A stretch of 64,000 nt of DNA from an uncultured Anaerolineaceae bacterium (lineage in GTDB: Bacteria; Chloroflexota; Anaerolineae; Anaerolineales; UBA4823), in assembly GCA_964525785.1 (NCBI GenBank), contig CAZGIX010000003.1, positions 214 to 64,213 of the forward strand. Direction: 5' to 3'. Each line of letters opens with the position of its first letter. The stretch's first letter is position 1. Below are positions 29,074 to 37,189 of the stretch, in pieces. The notes under the pieces were generated by a model. That model was not told where the DNA came from, made no database searches, and saw only the letters and a list, made by a program, of their open reading frames with translations. A program made the position numbers and the translations under genes.

Positions 29074-29535
29074 ATGGCTGATAACGAACGATGGGGAACC
29101 GATCTGCGTCTGCTGGGGGACCTTGATCAGCAAAATGATCGCCAGCGTGGCAGCGACCTGTTTACCCGCCGCGTCCCTGAGACCGGCGCCGTGGACCTGG
29201 AGACCCTCACCGAACTGGACAACCTCAAACAGGCGCTGCTGCTGAGATTCCTCACCCCCCAGGGCGAGATGGAGATCCTCGGGCATCCCACGTATGGCTC
29301 GCGCCTATATGAGCTACTGGGCGAGCTAAACATCGAACGCACCCACAACCGGGCAAAGATGTATACCCTGCAAGCGCTGGCGATGGAGCCACGCGTCAAG
29401 CAGGTTCTATCGGTGCTGGTTACCCAAAACCGCATGGTGCGCGAGCAGATGGATATCAATATCCACCTGATCCCCATCGACAGCGACATCCCCCTGAATT
29501 TGGTGTTCCCCTTCTTTTTGGAAGGAGGCGTGTGA
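29074..29535 (+). CDS. baseplate wedge protein, gp25 / gpW-like
   Basis: LDNLKQALLLRFLTPQGEMEILGHPTYGSRLYELLGE...AKMYTLQALAMEPRVKQV. Confidence 0.8.
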   Translation: MADNERWGTDLRLLGDLDQQNDRQRGSDLFTRRVPETGAVDLETLTELDNLKQALLLRFLTPQGEMEILGHPTYGSRLYELLGELNIERTHNRAKMYTLQALAMEPRVKQVLSVLVTQNRMVREQMDINIHLIPIDSDIPLNLVFPFFLEGGV

Positions 29536-31118
29536 CGGTGAACTCTGAGACGATTACCTTGATTACCCGGCCTTATCAAGACGTGGTGGACGACATCCTC
29601 ACCGCCATCGTCGGCGGCGTCACCAACGAGCCGATTATCTTCGACGTCAAATCCGATCTGTACCCGCTTGCCAAGCCCGCCCGGGACGTGCGCGGCGTCA
29701 CCGGCACAGTCAATGGAGCGCACTTCACTTTCCGTAAGGAAGCCGATTTCCTGTTCAGCGAGGGCGATAATGGCGTGGTGTGGGTGGAGGCAGGCACCCG
29801 CCCGGACGACGAGACCACATTCTATGTGGATTACTTCCTTCAGAATAGCCACTCGCCGATCACCGATCTGAACGTGGGCAGCGTTACCCGCACACTCAGC
29901 GAGGCCATGAGCCGCGAGATCGCCATTGTTTACGAGCAGATCAATGAGGCCTATAAATCCGGCTTTATCGACTCGGCGACCGGCAAATCGCTCGACTACG
30001 TGGTCTCCATTTTGGGCATCACGCGCAAGACCAAAGAATTCGCCCGTGGGCTGGTCACATTCTTCCGGGCAGCCGCATCCACCGGCAATATTACCATCCC
30101 CGAGGGGACGACCTTGCTGGCGAACAAAGGCGAGGTGCGCTTTGAGACCACCGAGCTGCGCACCCTGCAGCGCGGACAGGCGCGCATAGACGTGCCCATC
30201 CTGGCAGCCGAGGAATTCAAAGGTGCAGTTGGTCGCGTGGAGGCAGGCAAGATCGACGCGCTGCTGGCGCCCATCGAGGGCATCGAGCGGGTGATCAACT
30301 TCGAGCCCACCGTGTTAGGAGCCGAAGACGAGACGGATGACGAGCTGCGTGCCCGCGCCCGCGCTGTTCTGCGCGCCCTGGGTAAAGCCACGCTCATGTC
30401 GCTGTTCCGCGTCATCCTGGAAGGCCGCGGCATGCCGGTGGAAGCCTGGGACCCGAACAGCCCCGGCACCAAGCGCTCTGATCCTGGCACCGTCACCGTG
30501 TTGGTAGAGGCTGAGCCGGAGCGCATGCCCCAACTCAGCGCAGTGGTGAACGAAACGCGGGCCGCCGGTGTGCTCACCACTCTGGTTGCGCGCTACGTGT
30601 TCTTCAAGCCGCGCCTGCTGCTCTCGCTGGCTCCTGGCCTCACGGCAGATGGCAAGGGCAAGGTGATCCAGCAAGTTATTGATGCCATCCAGTCCTATAC
30701 GGATGGCTTGAGCAGCGGGGACGATGCGGAGGGGGCAGAGATCCTGAAAGTCGCCAGGAGTGTGGCAGATGTGATGGATATAAAGATCGCCGATGTGCTC
30801 ACCTGGCGCTCCGACCTGGGGACACCGGGCGCGCAGGCGCTGGTGGACTCCCTGCTGGAAGCGCTGGCAGCCCTGCCAGCCGATGCCGACGAAGCGGCCC
30901 GGCGCGCGGCGCTCACAACCGCTGTAAATGATGAAGCCCCGGCCCTTACCCCGACCGGGCGGCGCATCCCCGACCGCAGCCTGGTGATCGCCCTGGATGG
31001 CTCACCAGCCAGCGACGAGCAGGTGGAAGCAGGCGAGTTCAAGATCGCCGCCACCGTGGATGGCGAACAGTGGTGGGTGGTGCTTGATATGGAAGAGGCT
31101 GATATTGTTCTGAGCTAG
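29532..31118 (+). CDS. baseplate J-like protein (gp6 / gpJ / Mu gp47)
   Basis: 4-nt overlap with the gp25-like gene. Motifs are GSVTRTLSEAMSREIAIVYEQINEAYKSGFIDSATGKSLDYVVSILGITRK...ARGLVTF. Confidence 0.85.
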   Translation: MTVNSETITLITRPYQDVVDDILTAIVGGVTNEPIIFDVKSDLYPLAKPARDVRGVTGTVNGAHFTFRKEADFLFSEGDNGVVWVEAGTRPDDETTFYVDYFLQNSHSPITDLNVGSVTRTLSEAMSREIAIVYEQINEAYKSGFIDSATGKSLDYVVSILGITRKTKEFARGLVTFFRAAASTGNITIPEGTTLLANKGEVRFETTELRTLQRGQARIDVPILAAEEFKGAVGRVEAGKIDALLAPIEGIERVINFEPTVLGAEDETDDELRARARAVLRALGKATLMSLFRVILEGRGMPVEAWDPNSPGTKRSDPGTVTVLVEAEPERMPQLSAVVNETRAAGVLTTLVARYVFFKPRLLLSLAPGLTADGKGKVIQQVIDAIQSYTDGLSSGDDAEGAEILKVARSVADVMDIKIADVLTWRSDLGTPGAQALVDSLLEALAALPADADEAARRAALTTAVNDEAPALTPTGRRIPDRSLVIALDGSPASDEQVEAGEFKIAATVDGEQWWVVLDMEEADIVLS

Positions 31119-31125
31119 GAATCGC

Positions 31126-34100
31126 ATGCCGAATAAGACCGATCGCATCCTCAGTTACCTGCCTGGCACCTTTCGCGCCCCGCTGCCCGTCACCGGGCAA
31201 GCCTCGGCGCTGTATGCCATTGCCAACGCTGCCGGGGGCGAGCTGCAGCAGGGCGAAAACAAGCTGGCGGAGGTGATGCTCTCCCACTGGGTCGATACCG
31301 CAGACCGCAACGCGGCCGAGATCCTGGATTTGGCGAATATCGCCTCGCTTTACGGGCTGGCACCCCAGCCAGAAGAAGAGTTGGAAGAGTTCCGCCGCCA
31401 TCTGAAACGTTATGTGCGTACCTTCCTGGAGGGCACAGTTACTGTGCAGGGCATCCTGCGCGTGGCTGCCGAAGCCCTGGGCCTGGAGATCGCCGACAGC
31501 TACGACGACCTGGACACCTGGTGGAAGCGCTCCTCGCCGGAACTGGTGCAAGATGAGCCCGACGCTGACGATGCAGCCATGCACGTGCTGGGCTTCCCCT
31601 TCGCTGCAGACTACGGCGAGCCAGCAAAACCCGCCCGCGTGCTGGGCAAGCCTGACCTGACCCAGGGCGCAGACCTGCGGGCTGCCAGCCTGCTCTATCT
31701 CCAGGTGGACGGCGCCGAAACCGAGACGGTCCAGCTCATCCCCACTGATGCGGACCCGCGCCAGGTATCTCTGAAGCAGATCGTCAGCCAGATCAACTCC
31801 GTCTTCGAGCCAATATTTGGCCGCGGGGTGGCATCTGCAGAAGAGGGGCACTTGGTGATCGTCGCCCCAAGCACCGGACCTTCCAGCCGCCTGGAGTTTG
31901 AAGAAGGCCCAGACGAAGCCGGCGATATTGTGCTGGGGCTGCCGCCGCTCACATATTTTGGAAGACCCGCCCTGGCTGCTGCGGTGATCGGAAGCGTTGA
32001 TCTATCCGGCGATCTGGACCTGCGGCAGGAGCGCTACCTGCGTATTGCCATCGATGGGGGTACCCCAGTAGAGGTGGACTGCGGCGGCGCCACCCCCGGG
32101 CACCGCACCGCCGAGGAAGTACGGGATGCCGTCAACGCCGCCCTGGGCTTCGATGCTGCGTCGCTGGCGGAAGAGGATGGAGCGAAATACCTGCGCCTGG
32201 AATCGCCCAGCGTGGGGCATCTATCCGCTATTGCCTTCCTGCAGGCTCCAGCGCAGGACGCAGCCCTTCGTCTGTTCGGTCCCCACACACCGGTCAGCCT
32301 GGGCTCCGATGAAACCCGGGCCGAGGTGTTCAGCCCTGAGCTGCCCGCAGAGGGGGTTGACCTGAGCGTGCGCTTCAACCTGCGCCTGAGCATTGACGAC
32401 TCGCTGCCGGTCACGGTCAACTGCGCCGGTTTGCGCCCGGCTGAGACGCAGCTGACCGAGATCGCCAATGCCATCAACGCCGCTTTCGCCCCGGCATTCG
32501 GCGGTGAGATCGCCCGCCGTATCGGGCGCCGCTTGCGCCTGATCTCGCCGACCACCGGCAGCTCCTCCCAGCTGCGCTTCGAGACTCCCGACGAGGCAGA
32601 TGCGACCGAGCTGCTCTTTGGCCTGCCGCCGCGCACGCGCCGCGGCTCGGCACCCACATCTGCCCGCCTGGTGGGCAAAGCAGAGATCGACGAAATCGAT
32701 CTGCTGGCACGCCACCTCCTACAGGTGCGCCTGGATGGCGGTCCGCCTGTCCTGGTGGACCTGAGCCAGGGGATCGCCAACCCTCGCAAGGCTATTCTGC
32801 AGGACGTGACCCGCGCCGTGGAGCAGAAGCTGGGCGACGACACCGCCACCGATGACGGGCTGCACCTGATCCTGGCTTCCACGACCACCGGAGGGGGCAG
32901 CAGCATCGAGGTTCTGCCGCTCACCACCCAGACCCGCCGCCGGCATGTCAGCCGGGCGATCATCGCCGCAGAGGCTTCTCAAGCCGTGCTGGGAGTCCAC
33001 TCAGCCCGCGCCGAGGGCCAGCCTGCCACGCGCGCCCGCCTGGTAGGGACGGCTGACCTGAGCCGCGGCGTGGACCTGCGCCAGGGCAGCTACCTGCGCC
33101 TGTCGGTGGATGGGCTGCCCTTTAAAGATATCCTGTGCGCCGGCCCTCGCCCGCGCGCCACCTTGATCGGTGAAGTCCTGAGCGCCATCAACGCAGCCTG
33201 GCAGCCGGATGTGCACGCCGACGTGGCTTTCACGGACGGCAAGCACCTGATCCTGGTCTCCCCCTCCGAAGGGCAGGAGAGCAGCCTGGGCTTCGAGCCG
33301 CCCCTGGCTTACGCTGCCCTGGACACCCTGCTGGGGTTGCCCGCCGGCGCGGTTTCCGGCTCGCCAGCCAGCGGCGTGACCCTGGTAGGGCTGCCCGACC
33401 TGAGCGCCGGGGTGGACCTGCCTGCCGGAGCGGCGATCAGCATCGGTCTCGATGGAGCCGCTGCGCTGGATATCCTGCTGACCGGCGACGAACCCGCCCA
33501 CCTGGCGCTCTCCGACCTGGTGGTATTGATCAGCCTGGCGCTCGGTTCAGGCGTTGCCTCGCACGATGGGACACACCTCATCCTGAAGTCGTCGAAAACT
33601 GGCGCGGCTGCCCAGCTCGAGCTGGCGCTGCCCTCCGGCTCCGGCATGGTCGACGTCACGGCTGCCCTGTTCGGCTTCTCTGTCCCTCGCAGCTACCAGG
33701 GCGCAGATGCTCAAGCGGCCTCCCTTATTGGCCAGGTGGAGATCTCCGGCGAGCTGGACCTGACCACCGCCCGGTTCTTGAGGATTGGGGTGGATGGCGC
33801 TGTCCCCGTGGATATCGACTGCGCCGCGGATGACCCTTCACACACCGATCTGGATGACATCCTCACCCGCATCAATGCCGCCCTAAAAGCGGACGTGGCC
33901 TCGAAAGAGGGGGATCGCCTGAAGCTGCAATCGACAACCAGCGGAATCTCCAGCCGTCTGGTGTTGGAGCGCTATTCGGGAGGCGACGCGCGCCAGGCTT
34001 TATTCGGCAGCCTGCCCACCCAGACTACAGGCGCAGCCTCGACTCCTGCCACATTGACCGGGACGGTTTCGCTGACCTCGGTGGTAGATCTCAGCCAGCG

Positions 34101-36084
34101 CTCCATCTTACGCCTGTCAGTGGATGGCGGGCTGTGGCGGGATATCGACCTGCGCGGTTCTACACCAGCTGTCACTTTGTTGAGCGAGATTGTGGCACGC
34201 ATAAACGATGTTTTCCCGGGGTTGGCTTCCGCAGGAGAGCTGGACCAGCTGCGCCTGACATCTCCCACTGTGGGGCCGGGCTCATCTGTGGAGGTGCTCC
34301 CGCTGCGTACCATTGAACTGATCGAATATCTCCCGCAGACGGCGAGCAGCCCGCCGCAGAGCGTGCTGCATGGCAGCGCCTGGTACGTGGATAACAAGGG
34401 CGTGGGCGATGCGTTTGCCCAGGTGCGCCTGGAAGCCCCCTCGGGCGCTTGCAGTCCGATGCTGGTCAACCAAACCATCGGCTGGGATGTCCAGCTGTTT
34501 ACCAACCTACGCCCGGGTGAAACTATCCGGCTTTGGACCGACCCCCAGCAGGGTCTGGTCGTCTCTCAGACGGACGCCGCGGGCCTCACCCAGTTCCTTT
34601 CGCCGGAACAAATCTTCACCGGCCTGCTGGGCGGGCGAGCACAGGTTCCGTTCCCTGAGTGCACCAGCGACTGGGCGCTGACTGGTTCGTCGCAAGGAGC
34701 CGCCCGCCTGATGCTGGATAACCCGCTTGCCAGTCGTTTGCTCAGCCTGCACTCCTTTCTTTCGACCAGCGACCAGCCCGAGATCAGCGTGCAGGTGAAT
34801 GAAGCTGAGCCGGTCGCACTGCCAGATGCACCTGGAGATGGAAGCCCAGCCCGCCTGGTTGGGCGGCTGGTGAATACCAGCGAAGGATACCGGTTGGAAG
34901 GTCCGGGCGGAGATCAGGTCGCCCGCTTGCGTAATGGGCTGGTACCCGGTATATCAGCATTTGCAGACCGGGTGGTGGCGGCCGAGGGACCCTATTTTGG
35001 CGCTGAGCTCCCCGAAACGCTGCCCTTGCTGGTGGTAGAAGCCATCGACTGCCTGTTCAATGTCACATTCCTGGCCGGTGATGTGGACGAAGCCTACACC
35101 GGTGTGACCATCGGTTCACCGGCAGATGATCCCCACGGCCTTGCCTGGCAGGTAAACGCCGGGGCACATCCATCCAGCCTGGTGCGGGCGACCGTACTCG
35201 AGAAAAGCGCCGTGCTTAGCCTGCCGCAAGGTCGCTCGCACTTTCGCTATCTAGACTGCCTGGTGGATCGCTTTAATTACTGTGTCTTCGGCAGCGTGGA
35301 TGACGATGGAAACGAGATATTCCCGGGGGGTGCCCATTTTGCGGGCGGCACCTGCAGCCGACGGGCGCGCTTCAACTTGAGCTGCTTTGCCTATTCTCCA
35401 CCCGAGCATGAGTTGGCGGTCTTCGATTCGAGCCAGGGGCTGCTCGGACAGGGGGAAATGCCAGTGCAGATCAGTTTAGATTGGGTAAGCCACCAACCGG
35501 GGGTTGTGGAGGTGCGCTTACCCGCTGACCTGCCAGCTCGCTTTGGCGGACGCTTCAACCTGTCGCAGTTCAGCCGTCGATCGACCCTGCCAGAACTGTT
35601 CGAGAATACGGTCACAGAACCAGGCCCGGACGAGGAGCCCCGCCACATGAAGAACCTGATCAATGCCGGCTCTCAGCTGGTTGTCGCCGAGGTGGTGGAA
35701 CGCGTGCCGTTGGGATGGAGCCCACAGCAGATCCCCTTCCGCAAGCCGCGCCTGTTGACCCTGGGCAGTGAGGAGACCCCGGCACGCATCTACCTGCAAG
35801 ATCCCGAGGTTCCCGGCTTCATCGAGCTGCGCGCCCGCAGTGAGGGAGCATGGGGTAATGCCATTTCTGTGGCTGTGCGCAAGAGCGGCCCGGCGTTCTT
35901 CGATGTGAGCGTGGCATTCAATGGGGCGCGCTTCGACAGTGCCAGAGAGACAGTCGCCGGACCTGATCTGCCCGAGCTGGTGCTCGACATTCTCAAACCC
36001 GCGCCAGTCGGAGTACGCCTGGCAAAAGCTGCCGGCGTCAGCGTGCGCGTCACGCGCGCCGGCGTTGAAGATCAACCTATTTGA
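31126..36084 (+). CDS. giant baseplate wedge protein with gpI/TIGR02242-like N-terminus, eight tandem ~111-aa modules and a large C-terminal region
   Basis: The N-terminus reads ILSYLPGTFRAP...SHWVDTAD...ILDLANIASLYGL...EEFRRHLKRYVRTFLEGTVTVQGIL. The tandem modules are listed separately. It occupies the position after gpJ-like, as in Mu, P2 and PBSX. Confidence 0.65.
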   Translation: MPNKTDRILSYLPGTFRAPLPVTGQASALYAIANAAGGELQQGENKLAEVMLSHWVDTADRNAAEILDLANIASLYGLAPQPEEELEEFRRHLKRYVRTFLEGTVTVQGILRVAAEALGLEIADSYDDLDTWWKRSSPELVQDEPDADDAAMHVLGFPFAADYGEPAKPARVLGKPDLTQGADLRAASLLYLQVDGAETETVQLIPTDADPRQVSLKQIVSQINSVFEPIFGRGVASAEEGHLVIVAPSTGPSSRLEFEEGPDEAGDIVLGLPPLTYFGRPALAAAVIGSVDLSGDLDLRQERYLRIAIDGGTPVEVDCGGATPGHRTAEEVRDAVNAALGFDAASLAEEDGAKYLRLESPSVGHLSAIAFLQAPAQDAALRLFGPHTPVSLGSDETRAEVFSPELPAEGVDLSVRFNLRLSIDDSLPVTVNCAGLRPAETQLTEIANAINAAFAPAFGGEIARRIGRRLRLISPTTGSSSQLRFETPDEADATELLFGLPPRTRRGSAPTSARLVGKAEIDEIDLLARHLLQVRLDGGPPVLVDLSQGIANPRKAILQDVTRAVEQKLGDDTATDDGLHLILASTTTGGGSSIEVLPLTTQTRRRHVSRAIIAAEASQAVLGVHSARAEGQPATRARLVGTADLSRGVDLRQGSYLRLSVDGLPFKDILCAGPRPRATLIGEVLSAINAAWQPDVHADVAFTDGKHLILVSPSEGQESSLGFEPPLAYAALDTLLGLPAGAVSGSPASGVTLVGLPDLSAGVDLPAGAAISIGLDGAAALDILLTGDEPAHLALSDLVVLISLALGSGVASHDGTHLILKSSKTGAAAQLELALPSGSGMVDVTAALFGFSVPRSYQGADAQAASLIGQVEISGELDLTTARFLRIGVDGAVPVDIDCAADDPSHTDLDDILTRINAALKADVASKEGDRLKLQSTTSGISSRLVLERYSGGDARQALFGSLPTQTTGAASTPATLTGTVSLTSVVDLSQRSILRLSVDGGLWRDIDLRGSTPAVTLLSEIVARINDVFPGLASAGELDQLRLTSPTVGPGSSVEVLPLRTIELIEYLPQTASSPPQSVLHGSAWYVDNKGVGDAFAQVRLEAPSGACSPMLVNQTIGWDVQLFTNLRPGETIRLWTDPQQGLVVSQTDAAGLTQFLSPEQIFTGLLGGRAQVPFPECTSDWALTGSSQGAARLMLDNPLASRLLSLHSFLSTSDQPEISVQVNEAEPVALPDAPGDGSPARLVGRLVNTSEGYRLEGPGGDQVARLRNGLVPGISAFADRVVAAEGPYFGAELPETLPLLVVEAIDCLFNVTFLAGDVDEAYTGVTIGSPADDPHGLAWQVNAGAHPSSLVRATVLEKSAVLSLPQGRSHFRYLDCLVDRFNYCVFGSVDDDGNEIFPGGAHFAGGTCSRRARFNLSCFAYSPPEHELAVFDSSQGLLGQGEMPVQISLDWVSHQPGVVEVRLPADLPARFGGRFNLSQFSRRSTLPELFENTVTEPGPDEEPRHMKNLINAGSQLVVAEVVERVPLGWSPQQIPFRKPRLLTLGSEETPARIYLQDPEVPGFIELRARSEGAWGNAISVAVRKSGPAFFDVSVAFNGARFDSARETVAGPDLPELVLDILKPAPVGVRLAKAAGVSVRVTRAGVEDQPI
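31633..34310 (+). repeat. eight tandem, diverged ~111-aa coding repeats inside ORF 31126-36084
   Basis: Each unit starts with a form of A-x-L-[VI]-G-x-x-[DE]-[LI]-S-x-x-[VL]-D-L. It continues with a form of L-R-[LI]-x-[VI]-D-G. It then has an (I/V)-N-A-A segment and ends with L-x-L-x-S-x-x-x-G-x-x-S-x-[LV]-E.

Unit starts are ARVLGKPDLTQGADL, AAVIGSVDLSGDLDL, AEVFSPELPAEGVDL, ARLVGKAEIDEIDLL, ARLVGTADLSRGVDL, VTLVGLPDLSAGVDL, ASLIGQVEISGELDL and ATLTGTVSLTSVVDL. Confidence 0.85.
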
Positions 36085-36106
36085 TTTCACCCAAGGAGAA
36101 AGAACA

Positions 36107-37084
36107 ATGACCGACCAAACTGCACCTTACTACATCCAGCGCAAGTCAGGTGATCCGTGGACTGTCGAGGACTTCCACGACCTGCAGAAGATGATCAAGG
36201 ACGATATTCACACTTCCATCGACACTGCCATCGACGAGCTGGAGCAAGTGGACAAAGCGGGCGACGCGGATAAGTTCGGCGGCAAGACGCCCGAAGAGTA
36301 CACCAAAGCCATTATCGACCGCATCATGGCAGAGCTTCCCAAGCGCACCGGCTATATGATGGTCTTTAAAGACCTGAAGGTCGGCGAGCCATCGGTGGTA
36401 GAGCACCAGCTGGGCGCCTTCCCGCTGACCGATCTGTACCAGCTGGCTTACTTCCGCGTGATCGCCTCAGAAGATGAACACGTCTACGAGACCTTCACCA
36501 ACTTTTACCTCTACCATTCCAGCGAGAGCAAGATCCGCTTCCGACCAGAGGAGACCCCCAACCAGCCTGCCGTCTCAGTCGAGATCGATCCGCCGGAGCC
36601 GCCCCCGTATCGCATCCCCTTCGCGCGCATGCTCGAGCTGTTTAACGTCGAATACGATGACAATATGAGCCTGGGCGACCTGGAGAACGACTTTTGGAAG
36701 GCTTTTTTCTCCGCTCCCAACGACCAGTTCGATGACGACCAATTCTGCCACTCACCCTGGTTTGACCGTTGCTGCCGTGAGAACCGCACCGTACGCCACC
36801 TCAAGCAGCGCAAGGACTGGGATGATATCTGGTTTGTCGTGCGCCCTCGCAAGACCATTAACTTCCACACGCAAATGAACAACGATAATGTCATCGGTAT
36901 CACATGGGCGCCGAATAAGATCTCGGTGGTGCACTTCGATTTCAACACGCTGGGGCTGATGCTTTTAGAAGCGCCAGATCTGCCCGACGTCCTCACTAAC
37001 CCCACCTCGGTAGGCGAAGGCTTCCCGCCTCCGGATGCGATCAAAGCCGACCACCTGAAAGTGATGGCTCTGCTCAAGGTCTGA
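36107..37084 (+). CDS. hypothetical protein with tail-fibre-like N-terminal motif
   Basis: AAGGAG ribosome-binding site before ATG 36107. The segment VDKAGDADKFGGKTPEEYTKAI resembles the NADxLDGxHAxxF motif of phage fibre/collar proteins. The remainder is acidic and aromatic-rich, with 3 Cys in CHSPWFDRCC. Confidence 0.55.
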   Translation: MTDQTAPYYIQRKSGDPWTVEDFHDLQKMIKDDIHTSIDTAIDELEQVDKAGDADKFGGKTPEEYTKAIIDRIMAELPKRTGYMMVFKDLKVGEPSVVEHQLGAFPLTDLYQLAYFRVIASEDEHVYETFTNFYLYHSSESKIRFRPEETPNQPAVSVEIDPPEPPPYRIPFARMLELFNVEYDDNMSLGDLENDFWKAFFSAPNDQFDDDQFCHSPWFDRCCRENRTVRHLKQRKDWDDIWFVVRPRKTINFHTQMNNDNVIGITWAPNKISVVHFDFNTLGLMLLEAPDLPDVLTNPTSVGEGFPPPDAIKADHLKVMALLKV

Positions 37085-37134
37085 CCGATTTGCGAATTTA
37101 CGCAGGTCCAACGGCGTAAGTCTCAGGATTTATT

Positions 37135-37169
37135 GGCTTGTTCAGCCCTGTCAATGGGCTGAACAAGCC
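37135..37169. repeat. 14-bp perfect-stem hairpin, 7-nt loop
   Basis: GGCTTGTTCAGCCC-TGTCAAT-GGGCTGAACAAGCC, between ORF 36107-37084 and ORF 37190-41749. No T-run follows. Confidence 0.7.
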
Positions 37170-37189
37170 GGATAACAAAAGAGTGGAAT

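Noticed and set aside
32034-32963. 309-aa minus-strand ORF, and similar antisense ORFs at 29127-29852, 38644-39387, 40135-40884, 36511-37077 and 25426-25995
   Set aside because: All are antisense to long + strand genes with recognisable domains or repeats. The sequences are Arg/Ser/Pro-rich and typical of GC-rich shadows.
31633-34310. Periodic ~333-bp repetition that might suggest a CRISPR array or satellite
   Set aside because: The periodicity is at the protein level, inside one long ORF. The units are strongly diverged at the DNA level, and there is no short direct-repeat/spacer structure.
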